Position numbers and translations under genes: made by a program. The notes under the pieces are model-generated. The model saw only the letters and a program-made list of their open reading frames with translations. It was not told the DNA's origin and did not search any database. This document shows positions 35,136 to 47,259 of a stretch of DNA of 64,000 nt, in pieces (positions within the stretch are counted from its first letter, which is position 1; the number at the start of each line of letters is the position of its first letter). This DNA is from Leidyana gryllorum EB-2025a (taxonomy: Eukaryota; Protista; Apicomplexa): positions 125,531 to 189,530 of the forward strand of contig JBLWGC010000092.1 in NCBI GenBank assembly GCA_048772705.1, read 5' to 3'.

Positions 35136-35181
35136 GATTTTGAACGAAATATAAGAACATTTAGCTATTTAGATCGTCGAA

Positions 35182-37225
35182 ATGGACGAAGCAGCAGTAC
35201 CTATCATCGCATCGAGTATCGCAGGCAGCAGTGGGATGGTCCCCGAGGTGAGAAAGGAGAAGATATCCGTTCCGAAACGACGGAAACGAGTCAATGACGA
35301 CGGAGTCGCAATCTGTTCAACGACAGACAACAAAAAGTCTGTGCGAACTGCTATCAGTTCCCGTACACAACGCAAGAAGGCAAAAGCCCCTTGCGCCCCA
35401 CCCCCCCTCGAGGACTTGACCACTGCGTCACCGCCCGACAAATGCACCACGACGACCAATCAGTGCACTGACGATTTCTTCGAAGACTTGGAGGACGATC
35501 CCGCCCTGTCAACGGATGTGGGCGACATTGCTCCCAAGGCAAAGGCCGCACGGAAGAAGACGACAACGATAGTACGAAAGCGCAAGAAGAAGGGAACAAA
35601 TACTGAAATTGTTGTTGTGGAGTATCGAGATCCAATGTTAGTACTTCTGATCGATCGGCGAGAGATCGGAGGCTGCCGAAAACAGGCAGGAGATCTCGAA
35701 GCCTGCATTCGCAAGTATTCGCCTTCCATGCCCTACGACGTTCGGACACTCGCACTCGGAGACTTTGTGTGGATCTGTCGTGTGACGGAGTACTATCGGG
35801 AAGAGGTGGTGGGAGGCGGACAGGAGGACGACAACAATATGGAAGAACCCAATTTATTGAGCCGAGATCGCGAGTTTGTGTTGCCCTGGATTATTGAACG
35901 CAAAACGCTTCAGGATCTATTGGGTAGTGTGCACGGAACGCGCTATCGAGATCAGAAGTCTCGACTGCTTCGATTCCTGAAAGATCCTTCCGTAAACGAT
36001 GTTGGCCCCAGAGAACTCGGTGACGAGGGTCCGCTCGCGAGTGTTACTCAATCCATCGAACCTATGGGGATACTTCTGGTAGAGGCGTCCCACGATGTGG
36101 GACTCAACCAACCCATCTTTCACCAGCAATACTATGATCTGCCGAACGACAGAAATGTGCGGAACACAGTGGTAGGAGCGCAGATCAACAGCCAAGCACG
36201 AGACAATCTGCAACTGTTACAAACTGCCAATCTTGATCACACGTAAGACGACATATCGATTGGTGGGTGTCTATTTTTACAGGGCTTCGATGCTGGTGAA
36301 GCTTCACGCATCACTGGAACATAAGTTTAATCAATTGATTCCGCACTATCTGCAAGTCGTAGCGGACGGCACAGGTGGGAAGTCGAGAAGGTTAAGTTTC
36401 CTCAGCTACGGGGCTCGCTACAAACCAGGAGCCACGGACACTGTCCAGAGTCTCCTGGAGCAACAGCTGCGGCTGGTAAGCCCACAACACCAGCGCCCAG
36501 AGACTTGATCCCTGGTCTGCAGGTGCCGGGCGTGACCCCCGTAGTGGCGCAAACGCTGAGTCAAGCGTATCAGACGCCTGTCGAGCTGATAAGAGCCATC
36601 AAAGGCTTCGACAAAATGTCACAACAAGAGTGAGTCTGAGGGTCTCAAACAAATGCTCCACTCTTCTCTGCCCTGCAGACGGCGAGTCTTGAGCGGCGTC
36701 GGTCAGAGAGCTTTGGAGAGCCTCTACCAACACCTCACAGGGAAGTCACTCAAGTGGTCTCAATCGGAGACGATAGCGGCCGCGGCGGTTCCGGCGGAGA
36801 ACGGAGTCGCAGTTGCGGAGAAGAGAGATGGAAATCGGTTGGGACGGCCGAGTATCAGGATACCGCTGGATGACGAGGAGACAGTGATCAACAACATCAC
36901 CGGACCGCTGTTGGACGAGACTCATTCAATTCAATCGGGAGCCGAAGCTGCACGACTGATCGACCGTATTCGGGAGCGAGAGGCAGTTGAAGAAGCTCGC
37001 ACGATGGTAGATTTGAGCAGCGAGGCTGCACCTCGCAAGGATGTGTGGAAGGTGTCGCCAGATCGGTCTAATTTACCTAACATCGCCATACGCCCCCTCA
37101 ATTTCGATGAGAACATGGAGCCTCCCAAAGCTCCGCCGAGACGTAGTATAATCTCTCCATCGTTCGATGTGGAGCCAACAAAAGAGAAGAAAGGGCGAAG
37201 TAGAGTCAGTGTAATAGAGTTTTGA
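35182..37225 (+). CDS. MUS81: Crossover-junction endonuclease MUS81, ERCC4 nuclease plus C-terminal HhH
   Basis: LLIDRRE, VRTLALGDFVWI, VLPWIIERKTLQDLLGSVHGTRYRDQKSRL, QQLRL|VPGVT..A..LSQAYQTPVEL. Confidence 0.93.
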
Positions 37226-37748
37226 CTTATAGATATTAGTGTCACAATAGTATTATGGCGGGCGGCGCAAATCAACAACTCCTCTCTGCTGAGGAGGAAG
37301 GAGCACACGCAACAGGGGTTGAGTTAATGAACTGAAATCAATCGAATCGAGGCGAAGAGGCAGTCGGTGAAACTAAGTCTGCTCATTATGATTATGATGT
37401 GAGGGAGGGTTCAAGGGAAAGAATCAAGGGACATTTGCGCCTGGTCATCCATCCTGTTGCGTTCAAGTGTAGAGCTGCTCGAGAGATATAGGACAACAAG
37501 TAGCAGCATCAGTAGTCGTACTTTACAGAACTCCCCAGCTGTCTTTCCCATCATGTGTGCGTGTTTCTCTGTATCTTGTGAGTGAGTGAGTGCGTTTGAG
37601 AACTATTTTATCATCGCGGTCGTGATTCATATGCCTCTTTGCAATATAGAAAGTGATGAAAGTAATTCGCCGACAAAAGGTAAAACTTCCCCATATACCT
37701 TCGTTAAGTTACATGTTCTGTGTGATGAGAACGTTGTCAAGGTCGTCT

Positions 37749-38885
37749 CTAATTTGCGGTCATGGACGACAAGCTCGAGCCCGCTGTAGTGGAACGGTCA
37801 CTACTTGGTGAGGTATCCATATGCGCTGTGGGGTCAAAGCATAGGTTTGTGGGTGTCGGGATATGAAGTCGGCAAGCAGGGCTCGCCAAACCGGTTTTCT
37901 CGTTGATTTCCATTGATATAATGCTGTCACTATTCGTGGCGCAAATCAACAGGTAGGACTTCAGAGGATGATTCGTGACACAAATCGCGTTTGGGCCTTC
38001 GCCTCCTACATCAAAGAAACCCGAAAGATGTAGATATCCATTCAAGATGGCAAAACAAGCCCCCTGATCAATTCCGGCGTTCACAACATAAAGAAAACTC
38101 TCCTTATCGTCCACACACATGTCGCGGGCCCTCACAAAAGTATCCTCGTCATAAACGGTCTTAAATGGGACTGTGGAAACAATCTGACGTTGCCGCACAC
38201 TTTGCACAGACGAATCATAAGCATACACGAAGACTCGATTGCTCAGAGCGGCCAGAATGTACAAATTCTCGCGACCGAAAACCACTTTGCAAGGGCCCTG
38301 ACCAGGTGGAAGATTAATCACATTTCGACACTTCAGTGAAAAGTCACCCATATTGTACTCGTATAGATAAACCAAGTCCGACCCGAATTCAGATACTGCG
38401 GCAAGCCTTCCAGAACGATCTAAAGTAACGCTCTTCGGTCGTACAATCCACTGCGACTCGTGGACGGGCACGCCTCCGAGCGGTATGAAACGCTCCATGC
38501 TCGCAATACCCCCTGGACTTCGATCACCTCGTAAATAGACGGATAAGATATCGCCAGAATCTCCGTTCGCACAGAGAAGGCCCCGATCATCATGGGCGCA
38601 CACCACACATCGAGTTCCAGCACTGTCGGGGAAGCAACACTGCCCTTTAAATTCCAAGCAACCTGGGCCTAGAATTTCGAAGCAGCTCACTCGCCCCTCA
38701 GAAGGCCAACGGTCGGCAGTGTACAGAAACCTCCCGTCATGGCTCATGCATAAACTCACAGGGTGTCGCCGGTGCTCAGTTGTGCCAATCATATGTAGTC
38801 CTCCTGTCAGCGTATTCAAAGTACACGTATAAATCCCAGCACTTGTCGTCGCTGTCCATGTTCCAACATGAAAGACTTGTTCCAT
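37749..38885 (-). CDS. 6-phosphogluconolactonase / cycloisomerase-2 family beta-propeller (Pgl/YkgB-like), intronless
   Basis: FHVGTWT..SAGIY, SHDGRFLY, GSDLVYLY, LPPGQGP, ALSNRVFVYAYD, FLYVVNAG, GGEGPN, SDSII...INEKTGL. Confidence 0.82.
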   Translation of the reverse strand: MEQVFHVGTWTATTSAGIYTCTLNTLTGGLHMIGTTEHRRHPVSLCMSHDGRFLYTADRWPSEGRVSCFEILGPGCLEFKGQCCFPDSAGTRCVVCAHDDRGLLCANGDSGDILSVYLRGDRSPGGIASMERFIPLGGVPVHESQWIVRPKSVTLDRSGRLAAVSEFGSDLVYLYEYNMGDFSLKCRNVINLPPGQGPCKVVFGRENLYILAALSNRVFVYAYDSSVQSVRQRQIVSTVPFKTVYDEDTFVRARDMCVDDKESFLYVVNAGIDQGACFAILNGYLHLSGFFDVGGEGPNAICVTNHPLKSYLLICATNSDSIISMEINEKTGLASPACRLHIPTPTNLCFDPTAHMDTSPSSDRSTTAGSSLSSMTAN

Positions 38886-39019
38886 GTTATATGCTTTATA
38901 TTCCCTTGCAGAAATTCTAATACGCGCAACTCATTCTTTGTCCCAATATCCTCTATGACGGCATCACTAGTGCCATCCCACCCGCAACCTCACAAAGCAC
39001 ACGTGTGTGTTACCCCTAG

Positions 39020-41197
39020 ATGGATCGTAAAGCAGCATGCTTTCTGCAGAGTGCGGATCCTATTGTACAACGAAAAGGCTTAGAGACAACGATAGAGGTA
39101 GGAGACAGCTCTGGAACCACTCGTCAAACTGCATGATTAGCTCGATAGCGAAGGCCATGATGTCCGACACATCCTGCCTCACCTGATCAAATTGTGCGGA
39201 TCCAATGACATAGGAGTCTTCACCATTGTATGCCGATTCATTGCCGAGTTGGATAGACGGGGTGCTGGGGATCTACGGGTTTTGGCGCAGAATTCGCTCG
39301 ACAAAGTGAGCTCCTATTGGGAAATACGACCACCAGCGTTCACCTAGGCAATTACACATCCGGACCCGTCTTTTCGCTTCGTCGCCGCTCGCACATTGGT
39401 GAGTAGGTGCAACTTGCGGCTTGAGAAGCTTTTGATGCCAGTGGTATGGAATGGACTCGTGGAATGGATGGGAAGCATCGGTCAACGACGCGGTCGTTGT
39501 CATGCGATGGTTGGCAGCTAGCCGATTGGGCGCTGCTATACATCGTGCAAGTGAGGAGAAAGATTGGAACGAGGTGAAGGGTGTGATAGCAAGACTCTTG
39601 AGGGACTGTGAGGTAGGATCAAACAGGTCCTTTCGATGATCCACTTTATCCAGCTCGTCGTGGCTGCCACGGCTTTTTGTCAAGTGTTAACAGCTCTCGC
39701 CAGGATTTCTGATGATGAAGCTGCTTGTATGGTTCCGTGGCTCCGACGGGCTTTCATCAGAGTTGCTCAGGAAGGCCATTTGCTTCCCGACGAGAGCTTG
39801 GGCCCTGTGCTTCGCGTCATCCCAGCACTCATAACCAGTCTCGAGAACGACCCCCCCGTCATCAATCTGATCCATAGTTTCCTGCGACAATCATCACGCC
39901 GGCACAGCTTCGTCTTGCGGTGCCACAGCCTGTCTGGAACAATCAGCTTGCGCAAAGCTGGGCGGGTAGACGCCGAAGATGAAGGGTGGATGCTTAGTCT
40001 TTGTAGATGTTTGATGGTGCGGGCTGTCGGTTGCTCACAGAAAAGGATGGCGATCAACCGCTGCGCCGAGCTCTTGTCACAGATATCTCCCAGTCCGGAA
40101 ACCTTGCGTGGTCTGCTGCATACAGCATTATTCACATCCGATCCCACGACCGAGATTATTGAGAGCCAAATCCGGCTCTTGATGGTCACCGAGCCTTACA
40201 TCAAAGAGTATCAGCAAATCTGCGACTTAGCTGTGTCTTATCTCCAGCGTGTGATTGAAGGTTTCCAAACCTCAGCTCCTCATCGGCAACTCGCCTGGGA
40301 GCATTTACTAAGAATTATACCAGAACAGTCGGTGCTACTCTGCACGGAATACTTGGTGGAACTACACGCTGCAGACGAGGAGATGATGCCCTTAGAGCGT
40401 AAGTCCGCAGTCTGCGATGTTCTGATATGTTTTTCAGCGATTGTGAGACTGGTGCAGCGAATAGGGCCCGAAGTGACTACAACAAGCCTCCTAGCGATTC
40501 TGCAAGGATTACCTCCCACAGCTAAACCGATGGTGCTGGCAGCGGCTTTGAAGAACCCTCATCACCAAGAGCAGATCACGAGTATCCTGGCCACCTGGTT
40601 CAGAGAAGGCTCGACTGAAGGCGGCATCAGATCGTGTACAGGGGCTTGGAAGCAGGCCCAAGTGCTCGCTGCTGTCACCTTGATCGCTAATGAATTGAAT
40701 GAAGAGCGTCAAACAGCGCTCAGCCAACTCTTTCAAGTTGTCCGAGAGTCAACAGACTGCACCCGCGCACTCGCCTTCGTGGATCTGTGTCAGTTGTGTT
40801 ACAACCTTCCCGTGTCTGCCTCAGATTCTGAAAAGGGAGAGAATAATACAGGAGGCGCAGCGCAGGTACTTAGCAGTGAAGATGAGCCTATTCAATTCGG
40901 TGGATTATTATACAACAAGAGCTTGTGGATTGACGACGGCAGAGACGACAACGACACTGAAACGGCATCTCTGAGTACCCAGAACAACACTATGACGAAG
41001 AGGGGGGTGAGCGAGAGAGCGAGTGGAACAGCTCCTCTATGCTCTAGTCGACACAGTTTGGAAGACATGCGCAAAGAGCTCGATTGCTTTCTCAGTGATG
41101 CTTTTCGGTGAGTTACACTGTGCAGTAGTATACACAGGATGATTTGTTGATGAACAGCAGCACTTCCATAGTTCAAGAAAATCAAAGTCGAATCTGA
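39020..41197 (+). CDS. Divergent adaptin beta-type large subunit (Adaptin_N HEAT repeats)
   Basis: Spliced 5' exons MDRKAACFLQSADPIVQRKGL..GHDVRHILPHLIKLCGSND..LAQNSLDK|AITHPDPSFRFVAARTL follow the beta-adaptin N-terminus; joins the 491-aa ORF. Confidence 0.65.
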
Positions 41198-41354
41198 CGA
41201 TGCTTGCTATGGTGTACAGTGCTTGATGCCACCGAGCTTCAGGTCCTGTGTGGCCATGGAATGGTATTTGCTTAAGAAAAAAAATCTCGGCGTCCTCCCG
41301 AGTCACATGAAGCTTGAAAATCAAACTTCCGTCTTCCTATCCAACGATAGCATA

Positions 41355-42953
41355 TCATACTTGCAGAGCGTTCTTGTTGGTTCTCTTGATATAGGGGGTA
41401 TCGCCGAGTTCGCGACCTCGGGTCTCCCTGATACCGAAGATGATCAGTACCAATGCCAAGACGAGCATAACACTGAAGACCAGATATGCGATCTTATTGG
41501 GCATGTAAGAGGTGACGAAGACCATTAAGATACCCGCCACCCAGTTTGCGGCCGTGGCCAAACCACCAGCGGCTCCTTTGATTTCAGGAGGGTAGATTTC
41601 GAACAGCCAGACCCATAGAATTGGTCCATATCCAATGCCGAAGAAAATGATAGTTCCAATGGCGGCAACAATTGCGAACCAAGTCACAACAAGGGAATCC
41701 TCGTCGTCTATCAGCCAATACAAGAAGGTAGCTGGCAGCACACAGCAGGCCTGGGCTACAGTTCCCCATAAAAATAGATTCTTGCGACCGACTTTCTCGA
41801 TCAACCAGATGGCTGGGAAGGTGACGAGGAAACCAAAGAGCCCTTGAACGACAGAGGCCGTGGTTGCGTATTCGCCTGGAAGTCCGGCATCGATGTAGAG
41901 TGCATTTGAGTTGGCAACAAAAACATTAACTCCACTGAGTTGTTGGAACGCCGATACGATGCATCCGAGAATGATGACATATCTGAAATTGAGGTGTTGA
42001 TATGTGTACGGCGTATGCGACGCTTACCGGTATTCCTTGTCTTTCCAAGCTGCGCCGAGACTCATCCCCTCTTCTTTGGCTTTCTCAGCTTCAGCAATTC
42101 GGAGTTTGATCTCTTCGAGTTCAGTTTCGACATCTTCTTTGCAGTAGAGACGTTTCAGTAGGCTACGAGCATCATTTACGTGCCCATTTTCCACGTAATG
42201 GTGGGGGGTCTCGAATGTGAAAACCCGACCATAGAGGTATGCGGATAACATGACGGGGAAGATACCCAGTCCGAGCATAACTCTCCACCACACCTTGGCG
42301 AAGATTCCGATATTTTCCAGACCGGGTCCCTCGCCTTCTGGGATTTTAGCCGTGAAGGCTATTGGGAGGCCCAGTACAGTTCCCATGAAGACTCCAATGC
42401 CAATCAATAGTTGGTGATAGACACCATATTGGCCTCTCTTCGCTGTGGGAGCCACTTCGGAAATGTATGTTGGGGTGCAGAAGGACACCAAACCAACAGC
42501 AACTCCGACGACGAGACGAGCGAACAAAAGGAAAGGAAAGGAGTTGGCGCATACCGACGCGATAATACCCAGTGTGAAGACAGTATTGGATATGAGGATC
42601 ATTCCTCGACGACCGTAAGACAAAAATGCTCCACCTCCCATTGAACCGACAGCCGCTCCGATGAAGACAGCCGTCATAATAAAGGCAGAGTAGGTGGTGT
42701 GTCTTGTGCAGCCAGTAACCTCGTCGGTCCCATCCTTCCAGTCACACCATTCAAACTCCCAACTAATGTGATTGAGAGAGGTGTTTAAAAGACTGAGGTT
42801 GACGCCGAATAAAAATGAGCCCATCGTCGCGGTCCATACGATCTGGTGGACGAATGACATTATTCCACAGCAGCATTGCATTCGCTTGCTCCAGTTGAAA
42901 GTTGTCTCCTCCTCATTGGACTCGCGAGACGGCAATCGCTCGACTGCAGCCAT
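41355..42953 (-). CDS. HT1: Apicomplexan hexose transporter (HT1/GT1-like, MFS sugar porter)
   Basis: ISWEFEWC, AVFIGA, YGRR, PTYISEVAP..RGQYGVYHQL, FAKVWWRVM, ETP, QQLSGVNVFVANSNALY, GYGPILWVWLFEIYP, IRETRG; one intron. Confidence 0.95.
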
Positions 42954-43405
42954 CGAATAGCTCGCAGATTAGGCCCAAACCCAACAAAAAGTAATTCTGA
43001 ATAGATTAAAAGTTCCTTTCCTCAGGGAACGACGATGTCCCAATCGTCTGGGATCTCAGGTGTATACCTAAATTACAGATTGTCCATTTCCCAAATGCCG
43101 TTTAAAGATTCTCAAACTGCCTCTGTGGCCGTGTTGTAGGTGGTGGTGGCTGTGTAGGGGGGATGTGTAGCACTTCGCGTGAGAGAGTGCGTACCTCTTA
43201 GCTTTGTGGAAAACCGAGAAGAGTGGAGTTTGTGTCATTCACACACAATTTATCCGAGCAGCGAGTCAGTAGGATGGTAGATGGAACGATTTGTACCCGT
43301 CGGGCACTTTATGACACAGGGCGGAGCTGTGTGGTGCTCGCGCATAGGATGAGGGAGTGCTGCAAGCCCTAGTTTTCGGTGCAGGTCTGATTTTTGTTGG
43401 TGTGA

Positions 43406-44629
43406 ATGAGTACTAATGGGCCGTGTAAGGCCAGTCTTGAGGCAATAATATGCACTTCGGACACCATCCGTGACCAAAAAGCCTTGGAGAAGGATTGTGC
43501 CGCTTTGGCGGACAATAGTTCTCGTCGCAGGCGCTTATTACGTGATGCACACATCAACTTCCTCAGGAAGCCAGGAGCCGAGGTGCTCGGAGACAGTTTC
43601 ATCTCCCTGACGGCTGCTGAGCCGTGGATTATCTACTGGAGTCTGCACGGGTTGGATCTGCTCGGTGAGGCGGACAACTATCTTTCGGACGAGACGGAGG
43701 TAACCCGGTAAGGGGGGTGGCCGCGGGGGGAGCTGGCTGGCTACATGGCTGGTGCTTGCAGGGTTAAGGAGCATCTGAGGAGGTGCCAAGGGGAGACCGG
43801 AGGGTTTGGAGGCGGGCCGAATCAAAATGGGCATTTGTCAACTACATATGCTGCAATCGCGGCATTGGCAATAATCGGGCCGGAAGCTATTGATGAAGTA
43901 GTGGACAAGAGAAAGTTGGTAGAGTTCTTGTCAGCAATGAGAATACCCGATGGGGGTTTCTATACAACAGAGGGAGGAGAAGAGGATATGCGAGCTGCGT
44001 ATTGCGCTGTCGCCTCTGCTGTACTTTGTGGTATCGAATTAGAAGGTGTTGAATCCCTGACCCGATACATCTGCTCCTGCCAGAGATACGATGGAGGTAT
44101 TAGTGGACTCCCCGGAGCCGAGTCACACGCAGGCTACACCTATTGTGGCTTGGCAGCACTCGTGCTTCTCAATCAAAGTAACCGCTTGCGTCTCGCAGAC
44201 TTGATGGTGAGTAATGAGTGGCGGCCGGTCCACTGGAATGACCACACGTTTGATGTACCCTACTGTTGGTAGGCTTGGACACTCGCTCGCCAAGATGAGG
44301 TTGTGGGCGGGTTCAATGGGCGTCCGCATAAATTGGCCGACGCCTGCTATACTTTTTGGGTGGCAGCCACTCTGAAGATGCTGGAGGACTGTATGGGGCT
44401 GCGATGCGCCCGTAAATGGATATCAGTCGCCAAAGTGCACGAGTATCTCCTGCAGTGCTGCCAAGTGGACAAGGGAGGAATGCGTGATAAACCAGGAAAG
44501 AAACCTGACTGGTATCACACCTGCTATGCTCTAAGTGGTATGAGTATTTTGGGTCTTGAGAGACTAGGGAGAGTTGTCGCTCCCTTGAACTTAAAGCTTG
44601 ATAGATGCACAAAAAACCTTACACTATGA
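43406..44629 (+). CDS. FNTB: Protein farnesyltransferase beta subunit
   Basis: EPWIIYWSLHGLDLL, GGFGGGP.Q.GHLSTTYAA, EEDMRAAYCA, ESHAGYTYCGLA, GGFNGRPHKLADACYTFW, MRDKPGKKPDWYHTCYALSG; two introns. Confidence 0.95.
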
Positions 44630-46001
44630 AACACGGAGAGAACAGAGGAGACTGGTCTGACAGTCCTTCCATACGCTATTTATCAACAGCCTCCACGAGG
44701 GGAGTCTCAATACCAGTGGGGGTCCCCTTGAGCACCACAGCCAGCGGCTTGAGCCAAATGAACCCCGCATTCGGCTCCACCCAGTGGGACGCCGACAATA
44801 CCAATCGCAGCAAACAAGCTCCCCGCTATCAGGATACGCCACTTGCCGCTCATACCCAAGTTACGGCCTTCAGAGAGGCAACGGAGTACGTTCCAGCCCC
44901 AGTTGGCCATTCCCGCGGTGACACTCTACCCCTCCAAAATACTACGGGAAGTAGAGTCAACACCTCTTATGAAGCCTCCACCCGCTCCATACCGGTTTCG
45001 CAGTTGCCCAACGTTGCCACACACAGCATACAACAACAGAGACCGGCTGGACGGATCATTGGAGAAGAGATTGTTGAAACCGAAATCCGGGTCCCCAAAG
45101 TGGTACGTCATGAGGAGATTCGCGAGCGTCAAATCACCATTCCTGAACGCGTGGTTCGTGAAGAGCTGATTGAAGAGAAGCAGCGAGTCCGGGAGCGTAT
45201 AATACAGGTGGAAAAGATAGTCCCAGTCATTAAATATGTAAATGAGGAGGTTATCGAATATCAAGAACGTGTGGTGCCGAAACCTGAAGTACGGATAGAA
45301 TACCATGAAGTCAAAGTGGACAAGCCTGTGATACAAGAAAAGATAGTCGAGAAGAAAGTGCCCATTGTGACAGAGCGACGAGTCGAAGTGGAACAAATCG
45401 AGCACCGCGAAGTGCCAGTCTTGAAACAGATTGAGGTACCCGAAGTTAAAATTGTCACCAAAGACGTCCCTCGCCCGGTGGATCGATATGTCGACGTAAG
45501 TGGGCGGTGTTGGACAGCAAACACACACGTGTGTACGTTTCCTATGACAGGTGCCGGTGCCACAAGTTCGGGAGATTGAACGTTATAATGAAGTTTGCCG
45601 TCGAATCCCTGTAGCTGTGGAGCAAATCGAGAACGCTACCTACGTCTTGCCGCAATTGGAGGCTGAGTACGAAGAAGTTCGGGTACCGATCTATGTGCCA
45701 ACGTTCGTTCAAGTGCCGATTGCAGCCGACACGCTCACAGCCGAGGTGAGTGATTAGCTTGGCGCTCCTTTGATTGAATGGCTTATTCTGCTTTCAGGCT
45801 CGACTGGAATGTCAAAACCTAATGCGCCAAATATTCCATGTGGCTCAGCAGCAGATGCCAAGTTTGTGCGTTATTGAAGAACTTGGCGACAATGTCCGTA
45901 GATTCGTCCCCTCTTTCGAAACCGATCCAGAAGTGATCCAAGCGACAATGGCAGAGAAGATTCGGGCGTTGCATAAAGCAGGAGCTGCTGCATTTTCTTG
46001 A
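44626..46001 (+). CDS. Alveolin / inner membrane complex (IMC1-family) protein
   Basis: EKIVEVP-type V/E/K/P repeats; C-terminal VPIYVPTFVQVP..PSLCVIEEL; introns about 45496-45550 and 45746-45797; start could be 44605, 44626 or 44758. Confidence 0.9.
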
Positions 46002-46055
46002 CTCTTTCATTGAAAAAGAAAATTGGACTGTTATCAGTGTAGCTGGGTAGCGACA

Positions 46056-47259
46056 ATGTATCAGCAGCAGGGTGGCGCTTCAAGTCAAACTCAAACTCAG
46101 ACTCAGTCTGCGGTGCACACATTGGCGGACCTCCGTCAAGCGACTCAAGCTGTTCCCGAAAGTCGGCACTCTTCGTTTCAACCATTTGTCGCCGGGACGC
46201 AAGCTTATTCAACGGGTCTCGAGTATTCCAGTGGTGAAGCAACGCACAATGGGATGCGAATCATCGGAGAACAAGTGAGTTGTGATTGTGTTGGACTGTT
46301 GAACATTATTGCTGCGTTGACAGACTATTGAACATGAGGTGACAGTGCCCAAGAAGATTATGGTAGAAGAGACTATTCACAAAACGATCGTCGTTCCTGA
46401 GACTATAGTGACTGAGAAGACGATCGAGGAGACCCATAAGGTACGAGAACGTATTGTCAAAGTGGCCAAGGAGGTCTATGTGGACAAAATTGTTGAGGAG
46501 CCGGTGATTGAGGTTGTCGAGAAGATCATTGAAAAGGAGGAAATTCAGATTGTCTATGAAGAGAAAGCGGTCGAGAAGGTTCAACTTCAAGAAGTGGTCG
46601 TAGAACGCCGAGTCCCGGTGGAAACTATCAAGCGAGTGGAATACGACAACCCTCAGTATGTACACGTGGAGCAGATCAGACAAGTCGAGGTGCCAGAGAC
46701 CAAACTTGTGTATAAAGATGTCCCCGTGCCAGTGGATCAATATGTCACGGTAGGAGCTGACGACAATGCCGCCCAACCCCAATTGACTGATCCTGTTATA
46801 GGTGGACGTCCCGGTGGTCAAAGAGGTGGAGGTCTTCCAGGAGGTCCCTCGCATAGTTCCGACCGGCCTTGAACAAGTCATTCACCAGACTTACATCCTG
46901 CCTGAGCTGCAGAGTGAGGTTGAGGAGGTCCCGTACCCTGTCTTTGTGCCCAAGTTTACTGAGGTCCCTGTGCCCATAGATACATTGACCGAAGAGGTAG
47001 GCCGGCGGGACTTTGTGTTCTTATTCATAATGTACTAATAATGTCGCAGGGCAAGTTGCAAGCAGAGAACCTCGCCAGACAAGTCATGATGGCCACTGCT
47101 CAACAAATGCCGAGTTTGTGTGTACTCGAAGATTTGGGCCACCAAGCCAAGAAAGTTATGCCACAGCGGGAGACCAATCCTCGCGTGCTCCAAGAACGTC
47201 ACGCTGAGATGATTCGAAAAGTTCAGGCCGGCGACCAGGCACCTCAAGCATCCACTTAG
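46056..47259 (+). CDS. Alveolin / IMC1-family protein, tandem paralogue
   Basis: Same repeat architecture and C-terminal VPYPVFVPKFTEVP..PSLCVLEDL; three introns. Confidence 0.9.

Noticed and set aside
37230-37745. Possible small gene after MUS81
   Set aside because: ATG and splice-like signals are present but no consistent model could be built.
44926-46881. Long antisense ORFs opposite the alveolins (and similar shadows elsewhere)
   Set aside because: Shadow ORFs arising from biased codon use of the sense genes.
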